Origin: a virus
Lineage: Duplodnaviria > Caudoviricetes
Strand: one strand, 5' to 3'
IMG/VR virus record: IMGVR_UViG_3300001598_000043
Span: 15,687 to 79,686 of that record
Length of the DNA: 64,000 nucleotides
This document shows positions 1 through 9,336 of this stretch, piece after piece. The first letter of the stretch is position 1. Every line of letters starts with the position of its first letter. The position numbers and the translations under genes are program-made. The notes beneath the pieces were generated by a model, which did not search any database, had not been told where the DNA came from, and saw only the letters and a program-made list of their open reading frames with translations.

Positions 1-852
1 ATCTGTATAGTAAATATATTCTAATGCACACTTCCAACACGAGCCACATCTATGTGGCATCAAATCATATTTAAATTTTTCACGTATGAGATTACCTTTG
101 TATTCCCTAAATCTAAAAGTTCCAATACAAGATTGGCTCAGTTTCAATAACTCTTTGTCTGATTTGAATGCATTCATACTCTCATTGACATTTTCTATTG
201 GTGTCATCAGATTAAAATTCGGTATTGTATCTTTAACAATGTCACGGTAGATGTTCCACATCTCAACTGTATCACCACCACACACTTCAAACTTATTATC
301 TTCCAAATAAGCTGTATTGAAATCTCCCATCGCAATGTTGCACGTTTCAATCTCTTTTGCATAATTGATAGCTGCGTTCATAATGATATAGTTCTTTAAC
401 GGATGTTCTATATACATATGGTTACCAGTCAATTTAATACGTTCAAATCTAATTGGTAGAGAAAGATAATTAGCAATGTTCTCAACTGACTTATACTCGT
501 CTGGATAACACTTATTTATCCCAATTAAATGAAATAAATATACATCATATCCTAACTCCTTATAATGTAATGCAGTGGCAGTACTATCTTTTCCGCCACT
601 TACACATACAACAACCTTATTATTGGATTCCAAATCAACTGTGTTAAACTTAAATGGCTTATATTTTGGATTAAACGAATACCCATAAGTCTCGAATATA
701 TCAAATATACCCTTAAAACTCTCTGGATACGACTTATTACTAAATAATCTATTAGATTCTTTTTCATCATAATCACTTGTGTAATAATACACATCGTCTA
801 TCAAATCCAATAATTCACTTACGTTTCTATACTCGTGTGACACTCGTTGCAT
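1..852 (-). CDS. QueC-like PP-loop ATPase (partial, runs off window start; absent from ORF track)
   Basis: Manual translation from ATG 852 is open to position 1: VVVCVSGGKDSTATALH (PP-loop SGGxDS), then SQSCIG and HRCGSCWKC (CGxCxxC zinc motif typical of the QueC family). Confidence 0.75.
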   Translation of the reverse strand, partial: MQRVSHEYRNVSELLDLIDDVYYYTSDYDEKESNRLFSNKSYPESFKGIFDIFETYGYSFNPKYKPFKFNTVDLESNNKVVVCVSGGKDSTATALHYKELGYDVYLFHLIGINKCYPDEYKSVENIANYLSLPIRFERIKLTGNHMYIEHPLKNYIIMNAAINYAKEIETCNIAMGDFNTAYLEDNKFEVCGGDTVEMWNIYRDIVKDTIPNFNLMTPIENVNESMNAFKSDKELLKLSQSCIGTFRFREYKGNLIREKFKYDLMPHRCGSCWKCALEYIYYTD

Positions 853-1668
853 TTATAACCACGCACCTCTTATATCTAAAATCCAATTATCTGTAAGCAT
901 TACTTTATTAACACCTGTAATTCCCAACTGTTGTAAATACTTACTTGTTATATGTATTCCGTCTTTATATTTAAATGGGTCTTCTGGAAAAGAATCTAAA
1001 CAGATTTTCATAAATATCTTCCAGAATAATCTGATATCATATTTATCTTCCTCGTCTTTTAATGCAAGTTTCTCTGTTAATTTAAATGCATTTGAGCCAC
1101 TAACCACTGCAATATTATCAACTACTTTTTCCACATACCCATAAAATTCTTTTGCATTGGATTTAAGTATCATATCAACTTCATAAGGTGTTTCACATAT
1201 ATGGCGTATGATATTCATCTCCTCTGCATCTACCTGATATTTAGATTCAGTATATTCCCTTAACTCATAAGGTGTATAAGCGTCCATATTAAATACAGAT
1301 GCTCTACTCTTTATAGTACCTAATAACTTATTTATATCTTGTACTGTAACTATAAAATATGCATTGTTTGGTGGCTCTTCTGTAACTTTTAATAATGCAT
1401 TAGATGAAGCACCACTCATAGCATCACAATCTGATATAATATAAACCACTTTAGAAGTAACTTTGTAAGCCTGTTCAATAATGTTTCTAACATCATCTAC
1501 TTTGGTTGACACCTCTACAACCTCTGCACCTATTGACTTCCCAATGTATTTGGCTATTGTTCTTTTACCACTACCTTGCATACCTACAAGTATACTAAAT
1601 CTTGGAAAGTTATTATCATTAATTAAATTATCTAACGTCTCTTTTAATCTATTCTGCCCTATCATCAT
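853..1668 (-). CDS. holB: Clamp loader delta-prime-like subunit
   Basis: GMQGSGKRT Walker-A-like, NALLKVTEEPP, TIKSRA motifs; adjacent to dnaX. Confidence 0.8.
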   Translation of the reverse strand: MMIGQNRLKETLDNLINDNNFPRFSILVGMQGSGKRTIAKYIGKSIGAEVVEVSTKVDDVRNIIEQAYKVTSKVVYIISDCDAMSGASSNALLKVTEEPPNNAYFIVTVQDINKLLGTIKSRASVFNMDAYTPYELREYTESKYQVDAEEMNIIRHICETPYEVDMILKSNAKEFYGYVEKVVDNIAVVSGSNAFKLTEKLALKDEEDKYDIRLFWKIFMKICLDSFPEDPFKYKDGIHITSKYLQQLGITGVNKVMLTDNWILDIRGAWL

Positions 1669-1772
1669 CCTCTTCCTCTTCTGGCTCTGGACACATTAAG
1701 TCACATAATTCTTCTGCATCTTTCCACTCACGTTCCGTAAAACCAAAATATTTACATAACTCTACTGTCTTT

Positions 1773-2270
1773 TCATTCATCTTTGCACTCCATCATTAAG
1801 ACTGATTCAATGATAACTTTTGGGTTTGTTTCATACTTGATATTATACTGTAATTTTATGATTACGTCCAATAAATCTTTGCATCTACCAAACTCATAAT
1901 CACCATACTGATTGATTTCTGATTCATATAATGATGGCATCTCAAGATAATCAAAATTTCTTAATATATCATACTTACAGATATCTAACAAAAACTTCAT
2001 ATAAGTCTGCACAAACTGTTTTAAATCCTTTCCACTCATATGAATGTTTTCAATTATCTCAATTACTTTATCTGACTTACAATCCATAATTGCATCGTTA
2101 AGTCTGAACATTGTTTCATAATCTGCAACACCCAATGATTTAATTACATTATCCAAAGTTAAATCTGTACTATATGATAGACATTTATCCATAAGTGTGA
2201 TTGCATCTCTCATACCACCTGAACTAATTTTTGCAATGTAATCTATTGCGTTTTCTTCATACGTTATCAT
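1773..2270 (-). CDS. dnaX: Clamp loader gamma/tau, C-terminal half (lid and collar domains) of split dnaX
   Basis: Begins ITYEENAIDYIAKISSGGMRDAITLMD (sensor-2 GGMRDA); own SD GGAGGT 6 nt before ATG 2270. Confidence 0.85.
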   Translation of the reverse strand: MITYEENAIDYIAKISSGGMRDAITLMDKCLSYSTDLTLDNVIKSLGVADYETMFRLNDAIMDCKSDKVIEIIENIHMSGKDLKQFVQTYMKFLLDICKYDILRNFDYLEMPSLYESEINQYGDYEFGRCKDLLDVIIKLQYNIKYETNPKVIIESVLMMECKDE

Positions 2271-2970
2271 CTATATACCTCCAATGTAATTTACCCGCAC
2301 TATTTCCAAATCTTGCGGCTTTGCTTAAATTTCCTATACCTGTTAATTCTGTGGCTTGTGTGACAGTATCATAAACTACCCCAGTTTCTATGCATTGTAT
2401 TCTTTTGCAATTAGATGGTCTAATTCCTTTATGATGTTCACTCATTCGTTGTTTAGATTCCTCATTATGATGAAATTCACCAACTTTTCTAATATATTTT
2501 GCAACTCTCGGGTCATCTTTAGTCAAACCCTTATTCCACGGTATTTGATTATGTTTTCTGTTGGAGTAAACTCCATTTTGCCAATGTTTTTTAACTGTTT
2601 TAGATATTGCAAATTTCTGCTCATCTGTTATGTGTCGATTTCGTAAAGTTTCTTTGTATTCATCTGTGTGATGATATCCATTAGTACCCTCACCACCTAA
2701 ACACTCATTGTATCCAAAATCTCTATTAGTTAAATTATATTCTGCAATTAGTTGTTTTTCCATAATACAAGCATCTTCTAAAGAGAGATTCTCTGCCATT
2801 ATTATATGTTCAATATTATCCCAACCATATTTCAATATAGCATTATAAAAATGAGGGCTACTTGCATAACCATATCCATTTTTCCATCGTGTCTTCGGAT
2901 TTTGTTTTGTTATACCAACATATCTCTTATTATTAGGCGCTACGTGCATGTATACATAATAACCGTTCAT
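2257..2970 (-). mobile_element. Free-standing GIY-YIG homing endonuclease with NUMOD-type DNA-binding repeats
   Basis: YYVYMH...KRYVGIT...RW...GYN..LGGEG; C-terminal HHNEESKQRMSE and KRIQCIETGVVYDTVTQA motifs; SD GAGGTG. Confidence 0.9.
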
Positions 2971-3001
2971 TTAGTCACCTCGCTAGTTTTGTTATATAAT
3001 A

Positions 3002-3030
3002 ATTATATTATAAAGATAGCAGTATGTAAA
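3002..3030 (-). promoter_or_regulatory. sigmaA-type promoter for the GIY-YIG gene
   Basis: TTTACA-N17-TATAAT immediately after the dnaX-N stop codon. Confidence 0.8.
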
Positions 3031-3034
3031 TAAA

Positions 3035-3565
3035 CTATTTCATATTCTCCTTATCTATAATATACTTCAATCTACTTACAATACCCTGCTGACTAATTCT
3101 GGTAAAATCATATCTCTGCACTCTTGAAAGAATAGTTTTTGGTATCTTCTGTGGGTCTGTTGTTGCAAAGATAAAAATAGTCTTTGCTGGTGGTTCTTCA
3201 ATTAACTTTAACATAGCATTCCAAGCACTGTTTGATAACATATGACATTCATCAAGAATGTATATTTTATATTCACTATCCAAACTCTGCATCTTTGCCT
3301 GTTGAATAATGTTTCTGATATCTTCAACTGAATTGTTACTAGCCGCATCCATCTCAATTGGATTACCCTTAAATTGATTTATTTCATTTGCAAAGATTCT
3401 TGCACAAGTTGTCTTACCTGTACCAGCACCACCACAAAATAGGTAACAATTCTTAATTGTACCAGTCTTTAACTGTTCTTTTAAAATTACTTTAATCGCA
3501 TCTTGTTCCGTAACATCATCAAATGTTTTCGGTCTATATTCAATTGCTAAACTCTTACTTGCCAT
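3035..3565 (-). CDS. dnaX: Clamp loader gamma/tau, N-terminal AAA+ half of split dnaX
   Basis: YRPKTFDDV, GGAGTGKTT (Walker A), ILDECHML (Walker B), NAMLKLIEEPP, TILSRVQRYDF; stops at KENMK. Confidence 0.92.
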   Translation of the reverse strand: MASKSLAIEYRPKTFDDVTEQDAIKVILKEQLKTGTIKNCYLFCGGAGTGKTTCARIFANEINQFKGNPIEMDAASNNSVEDIRNIIQQAKMQSLDSEYKIYILDECHMLSNSAWNAMLKLIEEPPAKTIFIFATTDPQKIPKTILSRVQRYDFTRISQQGIVSRLKYIIDKENMK

Positions 3566-3576
3566 AACTAACTCTC

Positions 3577-3816
3577 CTACTCGTGTAGTATGTATCTTGC
3601 ATATGTTACTGTGTTACCATATCTATTTCTGCAAGTCTCATCAACAGTTTCAATATTTAAAGTATCATCTTTTCTTAAATTCCACACAACAGCCGCAAGT
3701 CTTGTAATTCCGTATCTTTCAAAAGCTTCGATACTTGTTATACTTCCCTCATCTCTTAAATGTTTTAAAACAACCTGTGCCTGTGACTTACTTTCTATCT
3801 TCTCTTTGTTAATCAT
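3577..3816 (-). CDS. Small helix-turn-helix DNA-binding protein
   Basis: VLKHLRDEGSITSIEAFERYGITRLAAVVWNLR, a common phage HTH pattern. Confidence 0.65.
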   Translation of the reverse strand: MINKEKIESKSQAQVVLKHLRDEGSITSIEAFERYGITRLAAVVWNLRKDDTLNIETVDETCRNRYGNTVTYARYILHE

Positions 3817-4162
3817 TATTTCTCTCCTCTTCTCTCAAATAATTTTCAAGTTTTTTAAATAGTTTCTCATTGATGATAAAATGCTGTTTTCCGTCACCAA
3901 AATCAAATACAACTGTGGAATAAGGTTTATTCATAGCAAAGGCTTCTTCTTCGTTCTTCTTTATCCAATCACGTTTAATTGTAAAATTATCTCTTTCTTT
4001 GGTAACGGTTTTAGCCTCAACTAAAAATAAATCTGTTAATACATCACCCTTTATAAATGCCGTTGCACCACTATTTGATGTCTGTTTACCACCCAATGAC
4101 TTTGCAATCTTCTTCTCTTGCTGGTCACTGTAAAATCTTGTTGGTCTATTTGGTTTCAACAT
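3809..4162 (-). CDS. PD-(D/E)XK endonuclease, Holliday-junction-resolvase-like
   Basis: E..IAKSLGG...SGA...KGDV...LVEAKT catalytic pattern. Confidence 0.65.
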   Translation of the reverse strand: MLKPNRPTRFYSDQQEKKIAKSLGGKQTSNSGATAFIKGDVLTDLFLVEAKTVTKERDNFTIKRDWIKKNEEEAFAMNKPYSTVVFDFGDGKQHFIINEKLFKKLENYLREEERNND

Positions 4163-4328
4163 TTTTCTCGTTCTCCATATACATCTTGGCAGTCTCTTTT
4201 ACTATCTTTAATTTAAGAACATCGTCAATCTCTGCACCTACCATCTTTGCATACTTATCAACGTAATCCTTAAAATTTTCATTCTCTTGATATAACTTTT
4301 GCATCTGCCATCTCCTTAAACTTATCAA
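4146..4328 (-). CDS. Hypothetical protein
   Basis: Coupled ORF in operon. Confidence 0.5.
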   Translation of the reverse strand: MISLRRWQMQKLYQENENFKDYVDKYAKMVGAEIDDVLKLKIVKETAKMYMENEKNVETK

Positions 4329-4890
4329 AAAATTTTCTACTAGCCGTATAATCAGCCATATGTACTAATTTGCATACACGTACTATTTCTTCGTCATTTG
4401 AAAAGTCTAATAGTCTCGCTGATTTACTTCCCCACTGACCCATATGTTTCACTATGCCAGCATACACACAATCTACATAGGATGGTCGTATATTATCTAA
4501 ACTTAATATGTACTTTACCCATTCATCAGCTGCTATTAAATCGTGTGTAGTTACAGTATAACCACAATCCGTGTATCCGTGTTTAAATGTGTCGTGTAAT
4601 ATACAAGCAGCTATTACACTATCCTGTATATCTTCACTAAAATCAAACTCTTCTAATCGCATTAATTCGTTTGCAACTTCCACAACCATTTTTGTATGTT
4701 TCACCAATCCGTGTTCACCTACGGTAATACTGGGATGATACTTGCCACTACTTGAAGCTGGCACTGTCCAAAAATAATCAGGTACTTTGCACTCTAAAAA
4801 GGTAATAACTTTTTTACGTAGATTTGCATCTTGTATCATATTTAATTCGTCTTTAAGTAATCCTATTACACTACTCATAAATAACCTCAC
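4279..4890 (-). CDS. HD-domain phosphohydrolase
   Basis: PASSSGKYHP, GLVKHT, ILHDTFKHG, VHMADY. Confidence 0.8.
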   Translation of the reverse strand: MRLFMSSVIGLLKDELNMIQDANLRKKVITFLECKVPDYFWTVPASSSGKYHPSITVGEHGLVKHTKMVVEVANELMRLEEFDFSEDIQDSVIAACILHDTFKHGYTDCGYTVTTHDLIAADEWVKYILSLDNIRPSYVDCVYAGIVKHMGQWGSKSARLLDFSNDEEIVRVCKLVHMADYTASRKFFDKFKEMADAKVISRE

Positions 4891-5233
4891 TGTTCATAAT
4901 ACCATTATAAATAAAATTGTCCAGGACTTTTCTCTGAATATGATTTGGTTTTCCCATATAACCTTGACTCCAAACCATCAAACATCCAGTTTCTTCCATC
5001 AGCCAATCACCAAAATCTACCCATTTTTCTTTTGGACACAACTTATAAAACACATCATCATGAGAACACTTGTGCTTTTGCATCATTATGTTCACAAGTT
5101 TCTCTTGATGACTGGGTACTGCATATTCAACCTTGCCACTTGGATGTACAATGACTTCAAGATAGTTAATAAATGTTGACATATGTTTCTGTATATCAAA
5201 ATCAGAATAAACACTATAGTTACTCATTAACAA
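4871..5233 (-). CDS. Hypothetical protein
   Basis: Coupled ORF. Confidence 0.55.
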   Translation of the reverse strand: MLMSNYSVYSDFDIQKHMSTFINYLEVIVHPSGKVEYAVPSHQEKLVNIMMQKHKCSHDDVFYKLCPKEKWVDFGDWLMEETGCLMVWSQGYMGKPNHIQRKVLDNFIYNGIMNSEVIYE

Positions 5234-5813
5234 TCACATCCTCACGTTCTTCTATAGCACTCTTAATAACCCATCCTTCCCAAGTTATCTCACGCAATCT
5301 CTTACGATACTCACCAACTGCTTTCTTGAGTTCCGTATCATTCTCGAATGGATTAACATAGTTGTGACCACCACACTCTGGACCCATTCCAAAATATCTA
5401 CTAACAGGATTTGTAATCTGTCTTCCACAACACATACAATGTGATGTCTGCTCCTGTAAGATATCAGCGTGTAACTTCATATAAACCATACCTTTGGTCT
5501 CTTTAACTACACTTCCAACCATAACTCTCATTGGCATTGGAATATCATTGTTCCACTTCTTCATAAAATCAAATGTTCCAGAAGATTTCTTTGTCATATA
5601 CTGACGAACCTTAATCTTTGTAAGAGCACTTGTAGATACGTCCACAACCTTGTTATTTGACTCATTTTCAACTGTTTTCTTATTAGACTGTAAAAGAATA
5701 CTAACAGGACCTTTAACTGTCTTAAAATCGAAATTTGATGCATCTAAACCATTATTAAATTCAATGTTATTAATAGTAACTAAACCGTTCCAATTCTTAA
5801 TAGCGTTTACCAT
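5220..5813 (-). CDS. DUF6011-like zinc-finger protein
   Basis: CMCCGRQITNPVSRYFGMGPECG. Confidence 0.65.
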   Translation of the reverse strand: MVNAIKNWNGLVTINNIEFNNGLDASNFDFKTVKGPVSILLQSNKKTVENESNNKVVDVSTSALTKIKVRQYMTKKSSGTFDFMKKWNNDIPMPMRVMVGSVVKETKGMVYMKLHADILQEQTSHCMCCGRQITNPVSRYFGMGPECGGHNYVNPFENDTELKKAVGEYRKRLREITWEGWVIKSAIEEREDVIVNE

Positions 5814-5863
5814 AGTAGTGTCTCCTCTCGTTTTTAAAGTTTTTCAAGTATCTTTGGTGTAGG

Positions 5864-6199
5864 TTAATTAAACTCTACACCAAATGCCTTATCCATTACT
5901 GAATAAAATCCTAATCCCTTAAATGATGGATTGTGATAAGTGTTGTAATCCACAAAATTGAGGAATCTTCTCACCTTATCATCTGTCTGCTTGCAACAGA
6001 TGTCTAAATCTGAAAACCAACAATCTTCATCAGTATTGTCTCTGATATACTCATCAACTTTATCGTTAGTCATTGTTGCTCTATGCTTTCCAAATTCATC
6101 CTCAAGTTCAACCATCATTATTACATTGTTCTCAAAATACTCTCTTGTCATTGTCATAATACTGTTCTCCTTTTGACTAATAAGATTGACTATATTCAC
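5864..6199 (-). CDS. Hypothetical protein
   Basis: First ORF after promoter 6221-6249. Confidence 0.55.
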   Translation of the reverse strand: MNIVNLISQKENSIMTMTREYFENNVIMMVELEDEFGKHRATMTNDKVDEYIRDNTDEDCWFSDLDICCKQTDDKVRRFLNFVDYNTYHNPSFKGLGFYSVMDKAFGVEFN

Positions 6200-6220
6200 A
6201 AATCGTCTTTCGACATAAAC

Positions 6221-6249
6221 ATTGTATCAAACTATTCTATATTTGTCAA
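6221..6249 (-). promoter_or_regulatory. sigmaA-type promoter (conserved family)
   Basis: TTGACA-N17-TACAAT with TG extension. Confidence 0.85.
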
Positions 6250-6287
6250 CAGTTATAAAAAGGGAAGTTTTTACACTCCCCTAATTA

Positions 6288-7331
6288 TTAATCTTCTGTT
6301 ATTTTACTCTCAATGTATGATTCAATCTTGACCAATGTTTCTGTGTTCTCGTCATCTGCCAGGAAATCATATACTCTTGACTGTCCTTGTAGTTTTTCTA
6401 CTACCTCACCTGTCTCTGGGTCGATAATACTAAACCAAGCACCAGCTTTGTCAATTAATCCATACTTAATTGCAACCTCAACCAAGTCTTTTAAATAGTC
6501 AATACCTGTCAAGTAATTAATTGTGTAATAACCTGTACGTCTTGTAGGTGGACAAGTCTTATTCTTTACCATAGACACCATTACAATATTGCCAGCTGGG
6601 TTTTCTGCACCTCTCGTTAATTCATTTCCCTTATCATCAAGATACTTACCCATTCTAAATTCAAGTCTCACTGCACAATTGTGTTTCCAAGCTTGACCAC
6701 CAGTTGTAGTCATACCACCAAACTGACTGTTCAGATTAGCTCTCATCTGATTAATACCAATGATTGTACAATTATGTTTCTTACACGACATCTCTGCTTT
6801 CTTACTAAAATTAGTAAGTGCCATTGCAATACCACCGTAGGTTTTATCTTCCACAGACTTCTCTAATGCTTGATTAGATACCATTACACCCAATGAATCT
6901 AATATAACTAATCCTATCTCACCTGTGTCTATCATCTTTAACATCTTCTCAAAGATTGTCTCTGCACCTTGATTTGTAGGATTAAATATATAGAAATTTT
7001 CATCCTCTACATCTACACCAAGCTTTGTTGCCCATACTGTATCAAGTGTGTTTTCAAAATCACCATACACAACACCTCTTGGATTTTCTTCGTTTCTCTG
7101 CATATTCTGAAAGTTTGCAACAACATCCAAAGCAGTAGTGGTTTTTCCACCGTGTTCTTCACCATAGAATTCTATTAATTTACCCATCGGTATTCCACCG
7201 AATGTCATATAATTCAATCTAGGACTTGTAAAGGGAATTCTAACATAATCATAAGATGCCAATCCTTGATGAACCAATTCTTCTTTGAATTCCTTATTTA
7301 TCTCCTTCATCAATTCCTGCATTTTTGACAT
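6288..7331 (-). CDS. recA: RecA/UvsX recombinase
   Basis: GGIPMGKLIEFYGEEHGGKTT, LVILDSLG, IIGINQMR, TTGGQAWKHNCAVRL. Confidence 0.95.
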   Translation of the reverse strand: MSKMQELMKEINKEFKEELVHQGLASYDYVRIPFTSPRLNYMTFGGIPMGKLIEFYGEEHGGKTTTALDVVANFQNMQRNEENPRGVVYGDFENTLDTVWATKLGVDVEDENFYIFNPTNQGAETIFEKMLKMIDTGEIGLVILDSLGVMVSNQALEKSVEDKTYGGIAMALTNFSKKAEMSCKKHNCTIIGINQMRANLNSQFGGMTTTGGQAWKHNCAVRLEFRMGKYLDDKGNELTRGAENPAGNIVMVSMVKNKTCPPTRRTGYYTINYLTGIDYLKDLVEVAIKYGLIDKAGAWFSIIDPETGEVVEKLQGQSRVYDFLADDENTETLVKIESYIESKITED

Positions 7332-7620
7332 TTTCGTATTCCTCCATAACTATTTTTCTTGCCAATTCGGTATCAAAGTTTGTTGGACTTCTCCATTTTT
7401 TAGATAGTTTCTCTGCATAATCCATATACCACTGTGCCTTACTCATATCCTGTTCCATTGGATTATCGTCTTTACTACCAGCTCTATATAGATACTTATA
7501 AGCCGTGATATAACACCAAACCGTAGTAAACTTTGGGCCAAACTTCTCTTCCATTTCAACAATACATTCTTTTCTTCCACTCTGATTATAATGAGATGGG
7601 TGATTTACCTGTTCTTTCAA
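7294..7620 (-). CDS. DUF3310 (SaV-like) protein
   Basis: VNHPSHYN, AYKYLYRAGSK, DMSKAQWY. Confidence 0.8.
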   Translation of the reverse strand: MKEQVNHPSHYNQSGRKECIVEMEEKFGPKFTTVWCYITAYKYLYRAGSKDDNPMEQDMSKAQWYMDYAEKLSKKWRSPTNFDTELARKIVMEEYENVKNAGIDEGDK

Positions 7621-7953
7621 CTATATAACCTCCTTAAATATGTTTATAATAATTGGTTTTCTATCGTCTGATATATAATCTAATGCTCTTATTGTATTAA
7701 AATCTATCCACTCTACAGATTCTTCAAAACTCCATCCTTGTGTCTCGATTAAATACTCAACCATTAAATCAAAATCATATACTGCTCTTCCATCTTCTGA
7801 CACTCCCACAATTGCAGTTTCATAATCAAAATTTCTGAATACCATTATTTCGTCTGGGTCGTATCCGTTATTCTCTAACAGTATTTTTACTCTGTCAATA
7901 TTATTTCCTTCGCATAAGGTAGACTCTCTATCCATTTGCAAAATTCCATCCAC
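7621..7953 (-). CDS. Hypothetical protein
   Basis: AIVGVSEDGRAVYDFDLMVEYL...EWIDFNTIRALDY; start uncertain. Confidence 0.6.
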   Translation of the reverse strand: MDGILQMDRESTLCEGNNIDRVKILLENNGYDPDEIMVFRNFDYETAIVGVSEDGRAVYDFDLMVEYLIETQGWSFEESVEWIDFNTIRALDYISDDRKPIIINIFKEVI

Positions 7954-8582
7954 TCTGTAAGTTTATGGTCTTTTCTCCAAGTATAAATATTCTTCAATAC
8001 TTCGTAATTTAACATCAGTGTTCGTTTCTGATTGTATGATGATGGTAACAACTGAATCATCTGTTCCCAATATGATTTCTTTCTTATTGCAAATTCTTCA
8101 TCAGTCTCACCGTCAAGTTTCTCTGCATTATTAAATCTGTCTCTGTTCTCGTTCAAGAATGCAAGTACTGTATTAATACAAGCCATAGATTCTTGAGTTA
8201 ACCTATCTGTACTAAAGTCAATTGGTTCAAACTCTTTTGCGTGTATCTTATGCATTGTACTACAACTATCTGCAACTGTACCAACTTTGTACGTATCAAA
8301 TTCTTTCCACCAATATAGTGGTGCATTAACATCTACATACACTGCAATCATTCTTCTATACTTTGCATGTACTGGGCCTCCATTAGCTAATACATTAGCT
8401 AGTTTTAAATCATTCTCTCCCATTACATATGCATATCCTAATCCATTAGAACATCCACTGCCATCATAGTCTTCAAAGTCTACCCATCCACTGTCACTTT
8501 TATCCCAACTGTTTTTAGGGTTTCTCATCCCTCTGATTGCGTGTTCCCAACCTACTACAACATAATCACTTATCTCAATCAT
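7887..8582 (-). CDS. Divergent ThyX-like (flavin-dependent thymidylate synthase fold) protein
   Basis: GWEHAIRGMRNP, HAKYRRMI, APLYWWKEFDTYKVGT..SCSTMHK, QLLPSSYNQ, WRKDHKL.EW..FC; canonical RHR motif absent. Confidence 0.55.
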   Translation of the reverse strand: MIEISDYVVVGWEHAIRGMRNPKNSWDKSDSGWVDFEDYDGSGCSNGLGYAYVMGENDLKLANVLANGGPVHAKYRRMIAVYVDVNAPLYWWKEFDTYKVGTVADSCSTMHKIHAKEFEPIDFSTDRLTQESMACINTVLAFLNENRDRFNNAEKLDGETDEEFAIRKKSYWEQMIQLLPSSYNQKRTLMLNYEVLKNIYTWRKDHKLTEWMEFCKWIESLPYAKEIILTE

Positions 8583-8785
8583 TACTCATCCTCACTATCT
8601 GAATAACCCATTACGATATTCATTACTTTCACACCATACATCATAAGTACCATCTGCACTTCAAATGGTAAATCCTTAAACTCTTCTCGTGCTTCTGTAA
8701 TACCTTTCATAAAGTCTGTACCTGTGATTGTAACTTCCTTACTTAATTTCTTTTCAGCATTAGCTATTCTTGATGTTTCAAACAT
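8582..8785 (-). CDS. Hypothetical protein
   Basis: ORF with SD GGAGG. Confidence 0.55.
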   Translation of the reverse strand: MFETSRIANAEKKLSKEVTITGTDFMKGITEAREEFKDLPFEVQMVLMMYGVKVMNIVMGYSDSEDE

Positions 8786-8797
8786 TTTTCTGTCCTC

Positions 8798-9331
8798 CTA
8801 ATTAGATAATCTTGTTAACTCTATTTCTTGCATTCGTCTACTTAACACTTTCTTAACTGATGATAATAACTCCTGAGCATTATCAACTTTGGATTTCATA
8901 GTCTTATATGCTCTGTTGTAACATACATTAGTTAATTGTTCATGTTGTGATGACAACTCTGCAAAAGTATCTTTATCTGCAACTGTTCCACCTTGTCTTG
9001 ACTCTCGTGAACTGTTATAAGTTTCTCTATATAATGCCTTACTGATATCATCTCGTATTCCCAAGTTCTCACACATTCCACCAGCAAAGTAGATATATGT
9101 AGCTAAGTTCATACAAAAGTCTTCGAGTTCATTATTAGTCGGTGGATTGTTTCCGTCCTTTAAACAATCTGCAATGAATCTAACATAATTGTCTAAATCC
9201 TTACAATAAGGAAAGATGATATCTTTTACAATATCATCTATCGTAGCTGAATTATCCTCGACTCTTAATCGAATATCTTTAATCTTATCAATTACAATGT
9301 TCTCATAAATATTATCTTTACTCATCTGCAC
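8798..9331 (-). CDS. Hypothetical helical protein
   Basis: ORF with SD; coiled-coil-like C-terminus. Confidence 0.6.
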   Translation of the reverse strand: MQMSKDNIYENIVIDKIKDIRLRVEDNSATIDDIVKDIIFPYCKDLDNYVRFIADCLKDGNNPPTNNELEDFCMNLATYIYFAGGMCENLGIRDDISKALYRETYNSSRESRQGGTVADKDTFAELSSQHEQLTNVCYNRAYKTMKSKVDNAQELLSSVKKVLSRRMQEIELTRLSN

Positions 9332-9336
9332 TCCTC

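Noticed and set aside
2271-3034. Group I/II intron interrupting dnaX
   Set aside because: The non-coding part is only 64 nt and is accounted for by a promoter and SD. The endonuclease ORF overlaps the downstream dnaX start. No P7/P3 elements or U/G splice boundaries were found.
2270-3043. T4 gene 60-type bypass from ATG AAA TAG to ATG ATA
   Set aside because: The gap is about 770 nt, the stop is not adjacent to the take-off codon, and the second half has its own SD
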